Of a DNA stretch of 64,000 nt, positions 13,031-26,120 are shown piece after piece. This DNA is from Candidatus Binatus sp. GTDB taxonomy: Bacteria; Desulfobacterota; Binatia; DP-6. The position numbers and the translations under genes were made by a program. Each line of letters begins with the position of its first letter. Position 1 is the stretch's first letter. The stretch covers positions 63 to 64,062 of the forward strand of contig DATILR010000391.1 in assembly GCA_035476275.1 (NCBI GenBank), given 5' to 3'. The notes under the pieces were generated by a model that ran no database searches, was not told where the DNA came from, and saw nothing but the letters and a program-made list of their open reading frames with translations.

Positions 13031-13792
13031 TCAGGGCAGCGTCAAGATGTATGGGCCATTCTCCGTGACCGCGACTGAATGCTCGAAGTGCGCCGACAGT
13101 CGCCCGTCGCGTGTCGCCGCCGTCCAGCCGTCTTCCTTGACGTATACCTCTGGTCCTCCCGCATTCACCATCGGCTCGATCGCCAGCACGAGTCCTTCCT
13201 GCAGCCGCACCCCCCGCGCGCCCGTCCGGTAGTTGGGAACCTGCGGATCCTCGTGCAGGCTCTTCCCGATGCCATGCCCCACGAATTCCCGCACCACCGA
13301 GAACCCGGCCGACTCTGCCGCGTCCTGGATGGCCGCCGAGATGTCCGCCACGTGCGCGCCGGGACGGACCGCCTCGATCCCCGCGTGCAGTGCCGCCGCC
13401 GTCACCTCCATGAGCCGCTCGGCCTCGGGCGCGACGCGCCCCACGGGCACGGTGCGCGCCGCGTCCCCGAAGAAGCCCTGATAGCAGACCCCGAAGTCGA
13501 GTCCCACGATGTCCCCCGCCCGCAGCGCGCGCTTGCCGTTGGGTACCCCGTGGACGACCTCGTCGTTGATCGACACGCAGATGGAGGCCGGATAGACCCG
13601 TCCCGCCACCGTGTAGCCCTTGAACGCCGGGCGGGCCCCCTTCGCCAGGGTCAGCTCCTCGGCCAGCGCGTCGAGCTCCGCGGTCGTCACGCCGGGGCGC
13701 ACGCGGCTCGCGACCTCCTCGAGGATCGTCGCGACGATCGTGCTCGCCGCCCGCATCTGCTCGATCTCTTGGCGTGACTTGAGGAGGATCAT
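13031..13792 (-). CDS. map: Methionine aminopeptidase type I
   Basis: Start refined to [14 protein letters not shown]. The ATG overlaps the adk TGA as ATGA. Confidence 0.9.
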   Translation of the reverse strand: MILLKSRQEIEQMRAASTIVATILEEVASRVRPGVTTAELDALAEELTLAKGARPAFKGYTVAGRVYPASICVSINDEVVHGVPNGKRALRAGDIVGLDFGVCYQGFFGDAARTVPVGRVAPEAERLMEVTAAALHAGIEAVRPGAHVADISAAIQDAAESAGFSVVREFVGHGIGKSLHEDPQVPNYRTGARGVRLQEGLVLAIEPMVNAGGPEVYVKEDGWTAATRDGRLSAHFEHSVAVTENGPYILTLP

Positions 13793-14442
13793 GGCACCTC
13801 GGCCGCGATGCGGGCGAAGACGTCGGCCGGGCTGCCGGTACCCGAGACCCGGCGCAGAAGACCCTTCCTCTTGTAGTGAGCCAGCACCGGCTCGGTCTCC
13901 TGGTGGAACACCTCCAGCCGGCGTCGCACGGTGTCCTCGTGGTCGTCCTCGCGCTGGTAGAGCGCGCCCCCGCAGCGGTCGCACTGACCGCCCGGCGGCT
14001 GGAAGGCGGTGTTGAACATCGTGCCGCACGACCGACAGACGCGCCGACCGGAGAGACGGAGAACGACCTCGTCCCGGGGAACGGCGATCTCGACCACTGC
14101 ATTGAGCGGCTGGTTCCGCCGCGCGAGGAGTTCGTCCAGCGCTTCGGCCTGCGCCACCGTGCGCGGGAACCCGTCGAGAACGAACCCCCCGGCACAGTTG
14201 GCCCGCTGCAGCCGCTCGTCGACGATCCGAATCACGAGATCGTCGGGCACCAGGAGCCCCTGCTGGATGATGTGCGCGGCCTCGCGCCCGAGTGGAGTGT
14301 CTGCCTGCACGGCTTCACGCAGCATGTCGCCCGTCGAGATGTGGGGAACGTTGAAACGCTCTTCCAGCAGCTTCGCCTGCGTTCCTTTTCCCGCACCCGG
14401 CGCCCCCATCATGACCACCCGTATCCCCGTTCCCACACTCAC
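13789..14442 (-). CDS. adk: Adenylate kinase, zinc-lid type
   Basis: [12 protein letters not shown]-loop and a CxxC…CxxC lid. The GTG start overlaps the secY TGA. Confidence 0.92.
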   Translation of the reverse strand: MSVGTGIRVVMMGAPGAGKGTQAKLLEERFNVPHISTGDMLREAVQADTPLGREAAHIIQQGLLVPDDLVIRIVDERLQRANCAGGFVLDGFPRTVAQAEALDELLARRNQPLNAVVEIAVPRDEVVLRLSGRRVCRSCGTMFNTAFQPPGGQCDRCGGALYQREDDHEDTVRRRLEVFHQETEPVLAHYKRKGLLRRVSGTGSPADVFARIAAEVP

Positions 14443-15746
14443 CGCCGCCCGCGGATCCGTCCCCGCTTCATGAAGCCCTCATAGCTTCGCGTGATCATGT
14501 GCGTCTCGATGGCGGCCACGGTGTCGAGCGCCACCCCCACGACGATCAGGAGGGCGGTGCCACCGAAGTAGAACGGGACCTTGAACTGGCTGATCAGGAT
14601 GGTCGGCAGCACGCAGACCCCGGCGACGTAGAGCGCCCCGGGGAGGGTGATACGCGTCAGGATGCGGTCGATGTACTCGGCGGTGCGCGGTCCCGGGCGG
14701 ATGCCCGGCACATAGCCGCCGAACTTCTTCATGTTGTCCGCCACGTCCGCGGGGTTGAAGGTGACCGCGGTATAGAAGTAGCAGAAGAAGACGATCAGCC
14801 CGACGTACACCAGGTTGTAGAGCCAGCTCCCGGGCGTCAGCTCCTGCTGCACCCAGTGCGCCACCGGGTGGTCGATGAAGCCTGTGACCGTCCCCGGGAA
14901 GAGCAGGATCGAGCTCGCGAAGATGGGGGGGATCACCCCCGAGGTGTTGATCTTGAGCGGCAGATGCGAGCTCTGCCCGCTGTACATCCGCCGGCCGACC
15001 ACCCGCTTCGCGTACTGCACGGCAATCCGGCGCTGGGCGCGCTCCATGTAGATGATCGCCGCCACGACGGCGACCATGAGGATCGCGATGAAGATCGCGA
15101 CCAGGATCGACAGCTCCTGACGCCGGACGAACTCGAAGGTCGTGGCGACGGCCGAGGGCATGGCCGCCACGATGCCCGCGAAGATGATGAGCGAGATCCC
15201 GTTGCCGATGCCGCGCTCGGTGATCTGCTCCCCGAGCCACATGATGAACGCCGTGCCAGTGGTGAGCGTGATGACGGTCATGAATCGGAAGTGCCAGCCG
15301 GGCTGGAACACGACGCTCCCGCCGCCAGGCGCTTCGATCGTCTCGAGACCCATCGAGATGAAGAAGCCCTGCACCAGCGAGAGGACGACCGTGCCGTAAC
15401 GTGTGTACTGCGTGATCTTGCGGCGGCCGAGCTCACCCTCCTTGGAGAGCTTCTCGAGGTAAGGGATCACCACCGTCAGGAGCTGCAGGATGATGCTCGC
15501 ACTGATGTACGGCATGATGCCGAGCGCGAAGATCGAGAACCGCTCGAGCGCGCCGCCGGAGAACAGGTTGACCAGCCCGACGATGTTGTTGCGCGCTGCC
15601 GCGAAGAACTGGGCGAGGGCCTGGCCGTCGATACCGGGGGTGGGGATGGCGACGCCGAGCCGGTAGATGGCGAGCGCACCGGCCGTGAAGAGCAGCCGCT
15701 TGCGAAGCTCCGGGATGCGCGGTGCGTTCGCGAATCCCTCAAACAC
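14439..15746 (-). CDS. secY: Preprotein translocase SecY
   Basis: The real start is a GTG at [17 protein letters not shown], preceded by GGAGGTG 4 nt upstream. The ORF-track N-terminal extension is spurious. Confidence 0.9.
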   Translation of the reverse strand: MFEGFANAPRIPELRKRLLFTAGALAIYRLGVAIPTPGIDGQALAQFFAAARNNIVGLVNLFSGGALERFSIFALGIMPYISASIILQLLTVVIPYLEKLSKEGELGRRKITQYTRYGTVVLSLVQGFFISMGLETIEAPGGGSVVFQPGWHFRFMTVITLTTGTAFIMWLGEQITERGIGNGISLIIFAGIVAAMPSAVATTFEFVRRQELSILVAIFIAILMVAVVAAIIYMERAQRRIAVQYAKRVVGRRMYSGQSSHLPLKINTSGVIPPIFASSILLFPGTVTGFIDHPVAHWVQQELTPGSWLYNLVYVGLIVFFCYFYTAVTFNPADVADNMKKFGGYVPGIRPGPRTAEYIDRILTRITLPGALYVAGVCVLPTILISQFKVPFYFGGTALLIVVGVALDTVAAIETHMITRSYEGFMKRGRIRGRR

Positions 15747-16182
15747 GGACCACCTCCACGCTCCCGCCGGCGGCGGCGATCTGCTCGCGGGCGCGCGCGC
15801 TGAAGGCCTGCAGGCGAACCGTGAGCGCGTGGCCGAGCGTCCCGTCGGCGAGACACTTGACGGGTCCGCGGCCGCGCACGATGCCGCGGGCGCGCAGCTC
15901 CTCGGGACCCACCGTGCTGCCGGCCGGGAAGGCGGCGAGCTGCCCCAGGTTGACGATCGCGTAGGCGACACGGTTGGGAGGATGGAAGCCGCGCTTCGGG
16001 AGCCGGCGCTGGAGCGGCATCTGACCGCCTTCGTAACCCGGGGGGCTGTTGCCGCCCGAGCGCGAACGCCGTCCCTTGTGCCCGCGGCTGGCGGTCTTGC
16101 CGTGGCCGGACCCCGGTCCACGACCGACCCGCTTGCGTTCCCGCGTGGAGCCCGACGCCGGACGGAGACGACTCAGATCCAT
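15739..16182 (-). CDS. rplO: 50S ribosomal protein L15
   Basis: 147 aa, Gly/Arg-rich L15 N-terminus. Confidence 0.93.
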   Translation of the reverse strand: MDLSRLRPASGSTRERKRVGRGPGSGHGKTASRGHKGRRSRSGGNSPPGYEGGQMPLQRRLPKRGFHPPNRVAYAIVNLGQLAAFPAGSTVGPEELRARGIVRGRGPVKCLADGTLGHALTVRLQAFSARAREQIAAAGGSVEVVRV

Positions 16183-16183
16183 C

Positions 16184-16366
16184 TCATTCCTCCACCGCCA
16201 CCAGGTGGGCGACGGCGCGGAGCATCCCGCGCACGGTGGGCGCGTCCTTCAGGATGACGGCCCGGCCGACCCGCGTGAGACCGAGGCCGCGCAGCGTGGC
16301 GCGCTGGCGAGGGCTCGTGCCGATCGCGCTCCGCTTGAGGGTTGCCTTGATGATCCGTTCGCTCAT
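16184..16366 (-). CDS. rpmD: 50S ribosomal protein L30
   Basis: 60 aa, [16 protein letters not shown]…. Confidence 0.9.
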   Translation of the reverse strand: MSERIIKATLKRSAIGTSPRQRATLRGLGLTRVGRAVILKDAPTVRGMLRAVAHLVAVEE

Positions 16367-16375
16367 CGCCGATCG

Positions 16376-16909
16376 CTACCCGCGGATCTCCCCCAGACTC
16401 TTGCCGCGGCGTTCGGCCAGCGCCGCCGGATCGGCGAGCTGACGGAGCGCCTCCATGGTGGCACGCACCATGTTGTGGGGGTTGTTCGAGCCGATGCACT
16501 TGGTGAGCACGTTGGCAATTCCCGCCAGCTCCACCACCGCCCGCACCCCACCGCCGGCGATCACCCCCGTGCCTGGCGAGGCCGGCTTGAGCAGGACGGA
16601 ACCCGCCCCGAAATCGCCGGTGACCGCGTAGGGAATCGTGCCGTCGACGATCGGCACCCCGACCATCTGCTTCTTCGCCTCCTCGATGCCCTTGCGGATC
16701 GCTTCCGGGACTTCCTTGGCCTTGCCGAGTCCGAAGCCGACGCGGCCACCCTGGTCACCCACCACGACCAGCGCGCTGAAGCTGAACCGCCGCCCGCCCT
16801 TCACCACCTTGGCGACGCGGTTGATGTGCACCACCTTCTCCTTGAGCTCCTGACCCCGCGCGTCCGTGATGATACGCCGCGGACCGCCGCCAGACCGTTC
16901 TTGAGCCAT
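16376..16909 (-). CDS. rpsE: 30S ribosomal protein S5
   Basis: …[18 protein letters not shown]…. Confidence 0.95.
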   Translation of the reverse strand: MAQERSGGGPRRIITDARGQELKEKVVHINRVAKVVKGGRRFSFSALVVVGDQGGRVGFGLGKAKEVPEAIRKGIEEAKKQMVGVPIVDGTIPYAVTGDFGAGSVLLKPASPGTGVIAGGGVRAVVELAGIANVLTKCIGSNNPHNMVRATMEALRQLADPAALAERRGKSLGEIRG

Positions 16910-16921
16910 CAGATCCTTTCC

Positions 16922-17287
16922 CTAGAACTCGAGACCACCCTCGCGCGCCCCCTCCGCCACCGCGCGGACGCGACCGTGGTAGAGGAAGCCGTTCCGGTCG
17001 AAGATCACGCGCTTGATGCCCTTCTCCTGGCAGCGGCGGGCCGTGAGCAGGCCGACCTGCTTGGCCGCGGCCACGTCGCGCGTCTTGGTCAGCTCGCCCC
17101 GCAGCTCGGGCGAGCGGGTCGAGACGGTGAGCACCGTCTGCCCCGAGGTATCGACGACGACCTGCGCGTACATGTGCTTGTCGCTGCGGAAGACGGAGAG
17201 CCGCGGCCGCTCCTCCGTACCACGGACGCGCCGCCGCACGCGCGCCCGCCGGCGATCGCGAGAGACGAGCTTCTGACTGGTCGCCAT
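16922..17287 (-). CDS. rplR: 50S ribosomal protein L18
   Basis: 121 aa. Confidence 0.93.
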   Translation of the reverse strand: MATSQKLVSRDRRRARVRRRVRGTEERPRLSVFRSDKHMYAQVVVDTSGQTVLTVSTRSPELRGELTKTRDVAAAKQVGLLTARRCQEKGIKRVIFDRNGFLYHGRVRAVAEGAREGGLEF

Positions 17288-17841
17288 CAGCGCGAGGCCC
17301 CCGCCGCCGCGGCCGCCTTCCCCGCCTTCCGGCGGATGCGCTCCTCGGCGTACTTGACACCCTTCCCCTTGTAGGGCTCGGGCGGTCGCAGCTCGCGGAT
17401 GGCGGCCGCCACGTGACCGAGCAGCTCGTTGTCGGCGCTGGAGAGCGTGATCACCACCTGGCGATCGACCTTGGCGGTGACCTCCGGCGGGAGCTGGTAG
17501 GCGATCGGGTGCGAGTAGCCGAGCGTGAGGAAGAGGAGCTTGTCACGCACCTCGGCCCGGTAGCCGACCCCGTTGATCTCGAGCACGCGCGTGAAGCCCT
17601 TGGTGACCCCTTCCACCATCTTCCCGACCAGCACGCGCGTCAGCCCGTGGATGCTGCGCGCACGCCGTGAGTCGTCACGGCGGACGACGCGGACGGTGTT
17701 GCCCTCGACCGTGATGGTCACGTCCTGATCGAAGGAGCGCTCGAGCTTGCCCTTCGGTCCCTCGGCGCGCACCCGGGCATCGGCGACGCGCACCGTCACG
17801 CCGGCCGGCAATACCAGTGGGGCTCTTCCGACTCGCGACAT
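17287..17841 (-). CDS. rplF: 50S ribosomal protein L6
   Basis: MSRVGRAPLVLPAGVTV…. Confidence 0.95.
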   Translation of the reverse strand: MSRVGRAPLVLPAGVTVRVADARVRAEGPKGKLERSFDQDVTITVEGNTVRVVRRDDSRRARSIHGLTRVLVGKMVEGVTKGFTRVLEINGVGYRAEVRDKLLFLTLGYSHPIAYQLPPEVTAKVDRQVVITLSSADNELLGHVAAAIRELRPPEPYKGKGVKYAEERIRRKAGKAAAAAGASR

Positions 17842-17845
17842 GTCC

Positions 17846-18241
17846 CTACCACACCGTGCAGATCACCTCGCCGCCGACCTTCTCACGGCGCGCGTCGCGA
17901 TCGACGAGCACGCCCTTCGGCGTCGAGAGGACGTTGATGCCGAGACCGCCCCGCACGGCGGGGATCTCGTCCGTGCCGACGTAGACGCGCAGGCTCGGCC
18001 GGCTGACGCGTCGGATCCCGGTGATGACCGGACGGCGTCGGTTGTCGTAGCGGAGGTCGATGCGCAGCACGCGCCGCGGCTCGGCCTCGACGGCGGCCGC
18101 CGCGGCGAGGTAGCCCTCCTGGACCAGCACGCGCGCGATCTCCTCCTTGTGCCGGGACCAGGGCACGTCGACGGTCGCCTTTCGCGCGGAGGTCGCGTTC
18201 CGCACGCGGGTCAGCATGTCGGCGATGGGATCCGTCATCAT
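17846..18241 (-). CDS. rpsH: 30S ribosomal protein S8
   Basis: [16 protein letters not shown]…. Confidence 0.95.
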   Translation of the reverse strand: MMTDPIADMLTRVRNATSARKATVDVPWSRHKEEIARVLVQEGYLAAAAAVEAEPRRVLRIDLRYDNRRRPVITGIRRVSRPSLRVYVGTDEIPAVRGGLGINVLSTPKGVLVDRDARREKVGGEVICTVW

Positions 18242-18272
18242 GGGCGCACCATCTGCTCGGTCATGGTCCCGT

Positions 18273-18458
18273 TCACCAGCTGGCCTTGGTGAGGCCGGGG
18301 ATATGTCCCCTACGCGCCAGGTTCCGCAGGCAGAGGCGGCACATGCGGAAGCGCCGGAAGAAGGCGCGCGGCCGCCCGCAGAGGGGGCACCGGTTGTAGG
18401 CGCGCACCTTGAACTTCGGCGCCCGCGACGCCTTCACCATGAGGGATGTCTTCGCCAT
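18273..18458 (-). CDS. rpsN: 30S ribosomal protein S14, type Z (zinc-binding, 61 aa)
   Basis: [20 protein letters not shown]. Confidence 0.93.
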   Translation of the reverse strand: MAKTSLMVKASRAPKFKVRAYNRCPLCGRPRAFFRRFRMCRLCLRNLARRGHIPGLTKASW

Positions 18459-18478
18459 CGACGCCTCGCTCTCCGTCC

Positions 18479-19021
18479 TCAGGCCCGAAACGGCATGCCG
18501 AGCGCCCGGAGGAGCGCCTTGCCCTCAGCGTCGCTGCGCGCCGTCGTGCAGATCACCACCGTCAGACCCTTGATCTTGTCCACCTTGTCCAGATTGATCT
18601 CCGGGAAGATCACCTGCTCCCGGAGACCGAGGGAGTAGTTGCCACGGCCGTCGAAGGCCCGGTCGGGCACGCCCTTGAAGTCCCGCACGCGCGGCAGGGC
18701 GACGTTCACCAGCCGCTCGAAGAACTCGAACATGCGCTCGCCACGCAAGGTGACCATGGCACCGATCGGCATGCCCTCGCGCAGCTTGAAGTTGGCGATC
18801 GCCTTCTTCGCGCGCGTCACGACCGGCTTCTGCCCGCTGATCGCGGTGAGCTCCTCGACGGCGGCGTCGAGCAGCTTCGGGTTCTGCGAGGCTTCCCCAA
18901 GGCCCATGTTGAGGACGATCTTCGTGAGCCGCGGCACCGCCATCATGTTCGTGCAGCCGAGATCCCGCATGAGGGCGGGCACCAGGTCCTTGCGATACCG
19001 TTCGTGCAGTTTCGAGAGCAT
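18479..19021 (-). CDS. rplE: 50S ribosomal protein L5
   Basis: Start refined to [17 protein letters not shown]. Confidence 0.92.
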   Translation of the reverse strand: MLSKLHERYRKDLVPALMRDLGCTNMMAVPRLTKIVLNMGLGEASQNPKLLDAAVEELTAISGQKPVVTRAKKAIANFKLREGMPIGAMVTLRGERMFEFFERLVNVALPRVRDFKGVPDRAFDGRGNYSLGLREQVIFPEINLDKVDKIKGLTVVICTTARSDAEGKALLRALGMPFRA

Positions 19022-19022
19022 G

Positions 19023-19346
19023 TCAGAGGTTCTCGAACGCTTCGCCGCAGCGGCGGCACAGCCGAACGGCGACGCCACCAGTCCGCCGGTGGCCGATCCG
19101 CGTCGGCTTGTTGCATCGCGGGCAGATCGGCACGACGTTCGAGAGGTGGATCGACGCTTCCTTCTCGACGATGCCTCCCGGTTGCTGCACGCCGCGCGGC
19201 TTCGTGTGGCGCTTGATCAGGTTCACCCGCTCGATGACCACCCGGCCGCGCTCGTCGAGCACGCGCAAGACCTTCCCGGTCTTGCCGCGTTCCCTGCCGG
19301 CGATGACCATGACGGTATCGTCTCTCCGCAGCCGACGCAGCGCCAC
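19023..19346 (-). CDS. rplX: 50S ribosomal protein L24, with a C-terminal Cys4 zinc-ribbon variant
   Basis: KOW motif [15 protein letters not shown]. The C-terminus is [30 protein letters not shown]. Confidence 0.92.
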   Translation of the reverse strand: MALRRLRRDDTVMVIAGRERGKTGKVLRVLDERGRVVIERVNLIKRHTKPRGVQQPGGIVEKEASIHLSNVVPICPRCNKPTRIGHRRTGGVAVRLCRRCGEAFENL

Positions 19347-19348
19347 GA

Positions 19349-19717
19349 TCAGAGCACCTCCGGGGCGAGCGAGATGATCTTCATGAACTTCTTGGCGCGG
19401 AGCTCACGGGCCACCGGCCCGAAGATGCGGGTGCCGATCGGCTCGCGGGCGTTGTCGATGAGCACGGCGGAGTTCGTGTCGAAGCGGATGTAGGAGCCGT
19501 CGGCGCGGCCGATCTCCTTCGCCGTGCGCACGATGACCGCCTTCATCACGTCGCCCTTCTTCACCTTGGCGTTGGGGATGGCCTCCTTCACGGAGACCAC
19601 GATGACGTCGCCGATCGACGCGTATTTCCGGCGCGTGCCACCCAGCACCTTGATGCAGAGCACTTTCCGGGCTCCGCTATTATCGGCCACGTCGAGGACG
19701 CTCTCCGCCTGGATCAT
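19349..19717 (-). CDS. rplN: 50S ribosomal protein L14
   Basis: Start refined to [16 protein letters not shown]. Confidence 0.93.
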   Translation of the reverse strand: MIQAESVLDVADNSGARKVLCIKVLGGTRRKYASIGDVIVVSVKEAIPNAKVKKGDVMKAVIVRTAKEIGRADGSYIRFDTNSAVLIDNAREPIGTRIFGPVARELRAKKFMKIISLAPEVL

Positions 19718-19754
19718 GACCGATCCTCGTCCGTGCGCATGCGCGGCGCGTCGC

Positions 19755-20069
19755 TCACACCGGCACTTCCGTCCCGACCAGGGGCTCCCCGGCCCCCTCC
19801 TGGCGTCCGAGGATCGCCTGCACCGCCCACCGCTTGTCGCGTGAGAGCGGCCGTGTCTCGACGATCCGCACCCGGTCCCCAACGCGGCACTGATTCTTCT
19901 GGTCGTGCGCCTTGTAACGATTTCGTTGCTTCAGGTACTTGCGGTACTGGGCGTGGCGCACGAGGCGCGTCACCTCGACCACCACCGTCTTGTCCATCTT
20001 GTCCGACACGACGACCCCGTCGCGCTCCTTCCGCCGCCCGGTCGTCCGCTCGGCGCTCGCTTCGCTCAT
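19755..20069 (-). CDS. rpsQ: 30S ribosomal protein S17, with short N- and C-terminal extensions
   Basis: …[16 protein letters not shown]… ATGA overlap with the rpmC stop. Confidence 0.9.
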   Translation of the reverse strand: MSEASAERTTGRRKERDGVVVSDKMDKTVVVEVTRLVRHAQYRKYLKQRNRYKAHDQKNQCRVGDRVRIVETRPLSRDKRWAVQAILGRQEGAGEPLVGTEVPV

Positions 20070-20275
20070 GGTGTCCCTCCGCGGAGCACCCGCGCCCGCA
20101 GCATCGTCTTGACGCGCGCCAGGTCGCGCCGCGTCTCACGCACCTTCATGGGATTCGGCAGCTGCGACGTCGCCCGGCGGAGTCGGAGATGAAAGAGGGC
20201 ATCGACGAGCTCGTGCTCGCGCGCCTGCAGCTCCCCCTCGCTCATGTCACGAAGCTCCGACGGCTTCAGCGCCAT
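20066..20275 (-). CDS. rpmC: 50S ribosomal protein L29
   Basis: Start refined to [17 protein letters not shown]. Confidence 0.9.
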   Translation of the reverse strand: MALKPSELRDMSEGELQAREHELVDALFHLRLRRATSQLPNPMKVRETRRDLARVKTMLRARVLRGGTP

Positions 20276-20312
20276 GGCCCACTCGCCCGCGACCCCGCTG
20301 TCCGGGTCCCCT

Positions 20313-20750
20313 TCACGCCGCCGTGCCTCCCGCAGCGCTCCCGTGGTGTCGCTCCACGGGCTGCGTCGCAATCGAGAGCTTCGCCGACGCGAGCCGCATG
20401 GCAGCGAAGGCCGAGGGGCGATCGACCCCTTCCATCTCGAACAGCATGCGCCCGGGCTTGACGACCGCCACCCAGAACTCGGGCGAGCCCTTGCCCTTCC
20501 CCATCCGCGTCTCGGCCGGCTTCTTGGTCAACGGCTTGTCGGGAAAGACGCGCACCCACACGCGTCCCCCGCGCTTGATGTAGCGGGTGAGCGCCACCCG
20601 GGCCGCCTCGATCTCCCGCGCCGTCAGCCACGCGCGCTCGGTCGCCTGCAGCCCGTAGTCCCCGAAGGCGAGCGTGGAGCCCCGCCACGCTGTCCCGCGG
20701 CGGCGGCCCTTCTGCATCTTCCGCCATTTGACCTTCTTGGGGGCGAGCAT
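20313..20750 (-). CDS. rplP: 50S ribosomal protein L16
   Basis: [19 protein letters not shown]…. Confidence 0.94.
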   Translation of the reverse strand: MLAPKKVKWRKMQKGRRRGTAWRGSTLAFGDYGLQATERAWLTAREIEAARVALTRYIKRGGRVWVRVFPDKPLTKKPAETRMGKGKGSPEFWVAVVKPGRMLFEMEGVDRPSAFAAMRLASAKLSIATQPVERHHGSAAGGTAA

Positions 20751-20757
20751 GGCTGCG

Positions 20758-21420
20758 TCAGACGCCGAGCGCGGCGCGCTGCTCCTCTTCCTGCTTGGTG
20801 AGCACCTCGCCGCGGAAGATCCAGACCTTCACGCCGATCACGCCGTAGGTCGTCCGCGCCTCCGCGAGGCCGTAGTTGACGTCGGCGCGCAGCGTGTGGA
20901 GCGGCACACGCCCCTCACGGTACCACTCCGTGCGGGCGATCTCCGAGCCGCCCAGACGGCCGGCCGACTGGATGCGGATGCCCTGCGCACCCATGCGCAT
21001 CGCGCGGGCCACCGCTTCCTTCATCGCCCGCCGGAAGGCCACGCGACGCTCGAGCTGCAGGGCGACGTTCTCGCCTACCAACTGCGCGTCGAGATCCGGC
21101 CGTCGCACCTCGTGGATGTTGATGAAGATCTCCTTGTGCGTGAGCTTGCCGAGCTCCTGCTTCAGCTTCTCGATCTCGGCGCCCTTCTTGCCGATGACGA
21201 TCCCGGGACGCGCGGTGTGGATGTTGATCTTCGCCTTGCTCGCGGCCCGCTCGATCTCGATCTTCGACACCCCGGCGTGGTAGAGCCGTTTCTTGAGGAA
21301 GTTCCGGATCTTCGTGTCCTCGTGCAGGAGATCCGCGTACTCGCGCCGCGCGAACCAGCGCGAGTCCCAGTTCTCGATGATGCCGAGGCGGAGCCCCTTC
21401 GGGTGAACCTTCTGTCCCAC
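20758..21420 (-). CDS. rpsC: 30S ribosomal protein S3
   Basis: [14 protein letters not shown]…. Confidence 0.95.
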   Translation of the reverse strand: MGQKVHPKGLRLGIIENWDSRWFARREYADLLHEDTKIRNFLKKRLYHAGVSKIEIERAASKAKINIHTARPGIVIGKKGAEIEKLKQELGKLTHKEIFINIHEVRRPDLDAQLVGENVALQLERRVAFRRAMKEAVARAMRMGAQGIRIQSAGRLGGSEIARTEWYREGRVPLHTLRADVNYGLAEARTTYGVIGVKVWIFRGEVLTKQEEEQRAALGV

Positions 21421-21773
21421 TATGCCTCCCTGGCCGCGCCACGGGCATCGACCACCACCGTGATGTGACTCGTGCGCTTGAAGATCTTTGTCGCTCGCCC
21501 GTGCGCGCGAGGCAGGAACCGCTTGGCGGTCGGCCCCTCGTCCACGAAGGCTCGCTTGACGTAGAGCGTGTCGACGTCCGCCTGCTGCGTCGCCTCGGCG
21601 TTGGCGACGGCCGAGCGCAGGGTTTTCAGGACGATCTTGGCGCCGCGCTTGGGCGTGTACTCGAGCAGCGACATCGCGGCTTCGACCGGCTTGCCCCGGA
21701 TCAGCGCGACCACGAGGCGGGCCTTCTGCGCCGTCAAACGCACGAACCGGGTGGTTGCCCGCGTCTCGGTCAT
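21420..21773 (-). CDS. rplV: 50S ribosomal protein L22
   Basis: 117 aa. Confidence 0.92.
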   Translation of the reverse strand: MTETRATTRFVRLTAQKARLVVALIRGKPVEAAMSLLEYTPKRGAKIVLKTLRSAVANAEATQQADVDTLYVKRAFVDEGPTAKRFLPRAHGRATKIFKRTSHITVVVDARGAAREA

Positions 21774-21786
21774 GGATGCCTCGCGC

Positions 21787-22134
21787 TCACGTCCCCGGGG
21801 CCTTTCGCGGCGCCGCCCCCGGGGCCGCCGCGGGAGCGGCCGCCGGTGCCGCGCCGCCCTCCACCTTGCCTTTGCGGTCGCCCGAGTGGCCGTGGAACGT
21901 GCGCGTCGGCGCGAACTCCCCCAGGTGATGACCGACCGCGTTCTCGGTGATGAAGACGGGGATGAACTTGCGCCCGTTGTGCACCGCGAACGTGAAGCCC
22001 ACCATCTCGGGTGTGATGGTGGAGCGGCGCGACCACGTCTTCACCACCCGCTTCTCCCCCGAATCGATCATCGTCCGCACCTTCTTCATGAGGTGCGCAT
22101 CGATGAAGGGGCCCTTCTTGACTGAACGTGCCAT
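21787..22134 (-). CDS. rpsS: 30S ribosomal protein S19, with a ~22-aa Ala/Pro-rich C-terminal tail
   Basis: [15 protein letters not shown]… The tail is …[23 protein letters not shown]. Confidence 0.92.
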   Translation of the reverse strand: MARSVKKGPFIDAHLMKKVRTMIDSGEKRVVKTWSRRSTITPEMVGFTFAVHNGRKFIPVFITENAVGHHLGEFAPTRTFHGHSGDRKGKVEGGAAPAAAPAAAPGAAPRKAPGT

Positions 22135-22137
22135 GCG

Positions 22138-22962
22138 CTAGCGAACCTTCCGCCGCTGCACGATCCACCGGTCCGTGCGCTTGTTGTGACGCGTCTTGTA
22201 GCCCTTGGTCGGCTTGCCCCAGGGCGTCTGCGGGTGATTCCCCTTGCTCCGGCCCTCTCCGCCGCCGTGGGGATGGTCGACCGGATTCATGGCGATGCCG
22301 CGCACGCCCGAGCGAATGCCGAGCCAGCGCCGGCGTCCCGCCTTGCCGAAGGAGATGTTCTCGTGCTCGAGGTTCCCGACCTGACCGATGGTCGCGCGAC
22401 AGGCGAGCCGCACGCGCCGGAGCTCGCCGGAGGGCAGCTTGAGGAGCGCGTAGTCGCCTTCCTTCGCCATCAGCTGGATGGTCGCCCCGGCGCTCCGCCC
22501 GAGCTGCCCACCGCGCCCCTCGCGGAGCTCCACGTTGTGCACCATGGTGCCCAGGGGGATCTGCGCCAGGGGAAGCGAGTTGCCGGGCTGGATATCGGCC
22601 TTCGGGCCGGCCTCGACGCGAGCGCCCACGCCGAGACCCACGGGGGCCAGAATGTAGCGCTTCTCCCCGTCGGCATAGTGGAGGAGCGCGATACGGGCGG
22701 AGCGATTCGGATCGTACTCGATCGCCGCCACCCGCGCCGTCACGCCAACCTTGTCCCGCTTGAAGTCGATGATCCGGTAGAGGCGCTTGTGACCCCCGCC
22801 GCGATGGCGGAGCGTGATGCGGCCGAGGTTGTTCCGCCCCCCGGACTTCCGCAGCGGCGCCGTGAGCGACGGCTCCGGCGTGCTCTTGGTGATCTCCGCA
22901 AAGTCGAATCCGCTCTGGAAGCGGCGGCCGGGCGATGTCGGACGATACGGAACCGTCGGCAT
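22138..22962 (-). CDS. rplB: 50S ribosomal protein L2
   Basis: 274 aa. Confidence 0.95.
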   Translation of the reverse strand: MPTVPYRPTSPGRRFQSGFDFAEITKSTPEPSLTAPLRKSGGRNNLGRITLRHRGGGHKRLYRIIDFKRDKVGVTARVAAIEYDPNRSARIALLHYADGEKRYILAPVGLGVGARVEAGPKADIQPGNSLPLAQIPLGTMVHNVELREGRGGQLGRSAGATIQLMAKEGDYALLKLPSGELRRVRLACRATIGQVGNLEHENISFGKAGRRRWLGIRSGVRGIAMNPVDHPHGGGEGRSKGNHPQTPWGKPTKGYKTRHNKRTDRWIVQRRKVR

Positions 22963-22966
22963 CTCG

Positions 22967-23254
22967 CTAGGCTCCCTCGAAGAAGTCGATGCGGCTACCC
23001 TCGGCGAGGGTCACGTAGGCCTTCTTCCAGTCGGGACGCCGTCCGAGATGGCGACCGACCCGCCGGAGCTTGCCGAGCTGACGGCTGGTCCGCACCTTCT
23101 CGACGCGCACCTTGAAGAGCAACTCTACCGCGCGTCGGATCTCGACCTTGTTGGCGCGCGGGTGAACGCGGAACACCACCTGGTTCCCGATCTCGTTCAC
23201 CAGCGTGCCCTTTTCGGTGATCACCGGACCCTGGACGACCTCGGCAGGGGTCAT
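22967..23254 (-). CDS. rplW: 50S ribosomal protein L23
   Basis: Start refined to [20 protein letters not shown] overlap with the rplD stop. Confidence 0.9.
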   Translation of the reverse strand: MTPAEVVQGPVITEKGTLVNEIGNQVVFRVHPRANKVEIRRAVELLFKVRVEKVRTSRQLGKLRRVGRHLGRRPDWKKAYVTLAEGSRIDFFEGA

Positions 23255-23910
23255 GCCCGCGCCTCCGCGTCGTCGCCGAGTCTCGCCACCACCTGATCGA
23301 GGGCCTGCCGAGTCATGAGGAGCGCGGCGTGTCCCAGCACGTCGTAGACGTTGAGACCACCCGCCAGCAGAACCTTCACCCGGGGGAGGTTGCGCGCCGC
23401 CCGCTGGATCGCGTCGTCCGGCCGCGCGAGCACGATGAGCACGCTCTGTCCGTCCAGACCGAGGCCGTGCAGGCATTCGATCATGCGCTTCGTCTTCGCC
23501 TCGGGGAGCTGCAGGCCGTCGACGACGAGGAGCTTCCCCGTCGAATGCCGGTCAGCGACCGCGGCACGGAGTGCAGCGCGGCGCGCCGTTCTCGGCAGGC
23601 GATAGGCATAGCTGCGCGGCTGCGGTCCGAAGATCGTGCCTCCACCCGCCCAGACCGGCGAACGGCTACTGCCGGCGCGCGCGCGTCCGGTGCCCTTCTG
23701 CCGCCAGGGCTTCTTCCCACCGCCGCTCACAAAGCCACGGGTCTTGGTCGCCGCGGTACCGGCCCGCCGCGACGCAAGCTGGCTCCTCACCACCTCGTGC
23801 AGCAGGGCTTCGCGCGGGGGGCCGGCGAGCACCAGCGCGGGGACCTCGACGTCGCCCACCTTGCTCCCGCCCTGTGAGACGACCGGCAGCGTGATGCGTT
23901 GCTCCGCCAT
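23251..23910 (-). CDS. rplD: 50S ribosomal protein L4
   Basis: 219 aa. Confidence 0.93.
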   Translation of the reverse strand: MAEQRITLPVVSQGGSKVGDVEVPALVLAGPPREALLHEVVRSQLASRRAGTAATKTRGFVSGGGKKPWRQKGTGRARAGSSRSPVWAGGGTIFGPQPRSYAYRLPRTARRAALRAAVADRHSTGKLLVVDGLQLPEAKTKRMIECLHGLGLDGQSVLIVLARPDDAIQRAARNLPRVKVLLAGGLNVYDVLGHAALLMTRQALDQVVARLGDDAEARA

Positions 23911-23913
23911 CGC

Positions 23914-24558
23914 CTACCGCCGTACCTCGGGTCGCTTGCGAACGAGGACGGTTCCCCCCCGAGCCCCGGGGATCGCGCCGCGCACGAGCAGGAGATGCTC
24001 CTCGGGCCGAATCGCCACCACTTCGAGGTTGCGGGTGGTAATGCGATCGGCCCCGTACCGGCCGGACATGCGCTTGCCCTTGAACACCCGGCCCGGGTAC
24101 GAGCGGTTCCCGATGGAGCCGCCGTGCCGGAAGTACTCGTGGGTCCCGTGCGAGCCAGGGAAGCCGGAGAAGCGGTGCCGCTTCATGACACCGGCGGTAC
24201 CGCGGCCCTTGCTCACACCGCTCACGTCGATGCGCTCGCCCGCCTTGAATAGCTCACTGACGACCACCTCGCTGCCCACCGCCGGCGGGTCCCCATCGGT
24301 CAGGCGGAACTCGCGCAGCACGGAGAACACACCCGTGCCCGCCTTCCCGAACTGTCCCGTCACCGCCTTGGGGAGGCGCTGGGGCTTGGCGGGAGCGAAG
24401 CCGAGCTGGGCGGCGGAGTACCCGTTGCGGTCCGTGCGCCGGGTGGCGATCACGGTGCAGGGTCCAGCCTGGATGACCGTCACCGGGACGAGCACCCCGG
24501 CGCCGGTGTAGACCTGCGTCATCCCGAGCTTCCGTCCGATGAGGCCGGCGAGGGGCAT
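23914..24558 (-). CDS. rplC: 50S ribosomal protein L3
   Basis: [18 protein letters not shown]…. Confidence 0.95.
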   Translation of the reverse strand: MPLAGLIGRKLGMTQVYTGAGVLVPVTVIQAGPCTVIATRRTDRNGYSAAQLGFAPAKPQRLPKAVTGQFGKAGTGVFSVLREFRLTDGDPPAVGSEVVVSELFKAGERIDVSGVSKGRGTAGVMKRHRFSGFPGSHGTHEYFRHGGSIGNRSYPGRVFKGKRMSGRYGADRITTRNLEVVAIRPEEHLLLVRGAIPGARGGTVLVRKRPEVRR

Positions 24559-24564
24559 CGTCTC

Positions 24565-24873
<309 letters not shown>

Positions 24874-24905
24874 GCGGACGACTTACTCGTGGCTCATTCG
24901 AAGAT

Positions 24906-26096
<1,191 letters not shown>

Positions 26097-26120
26097 GACG
26101 CTGCTCCCTCCGTGGACTGC

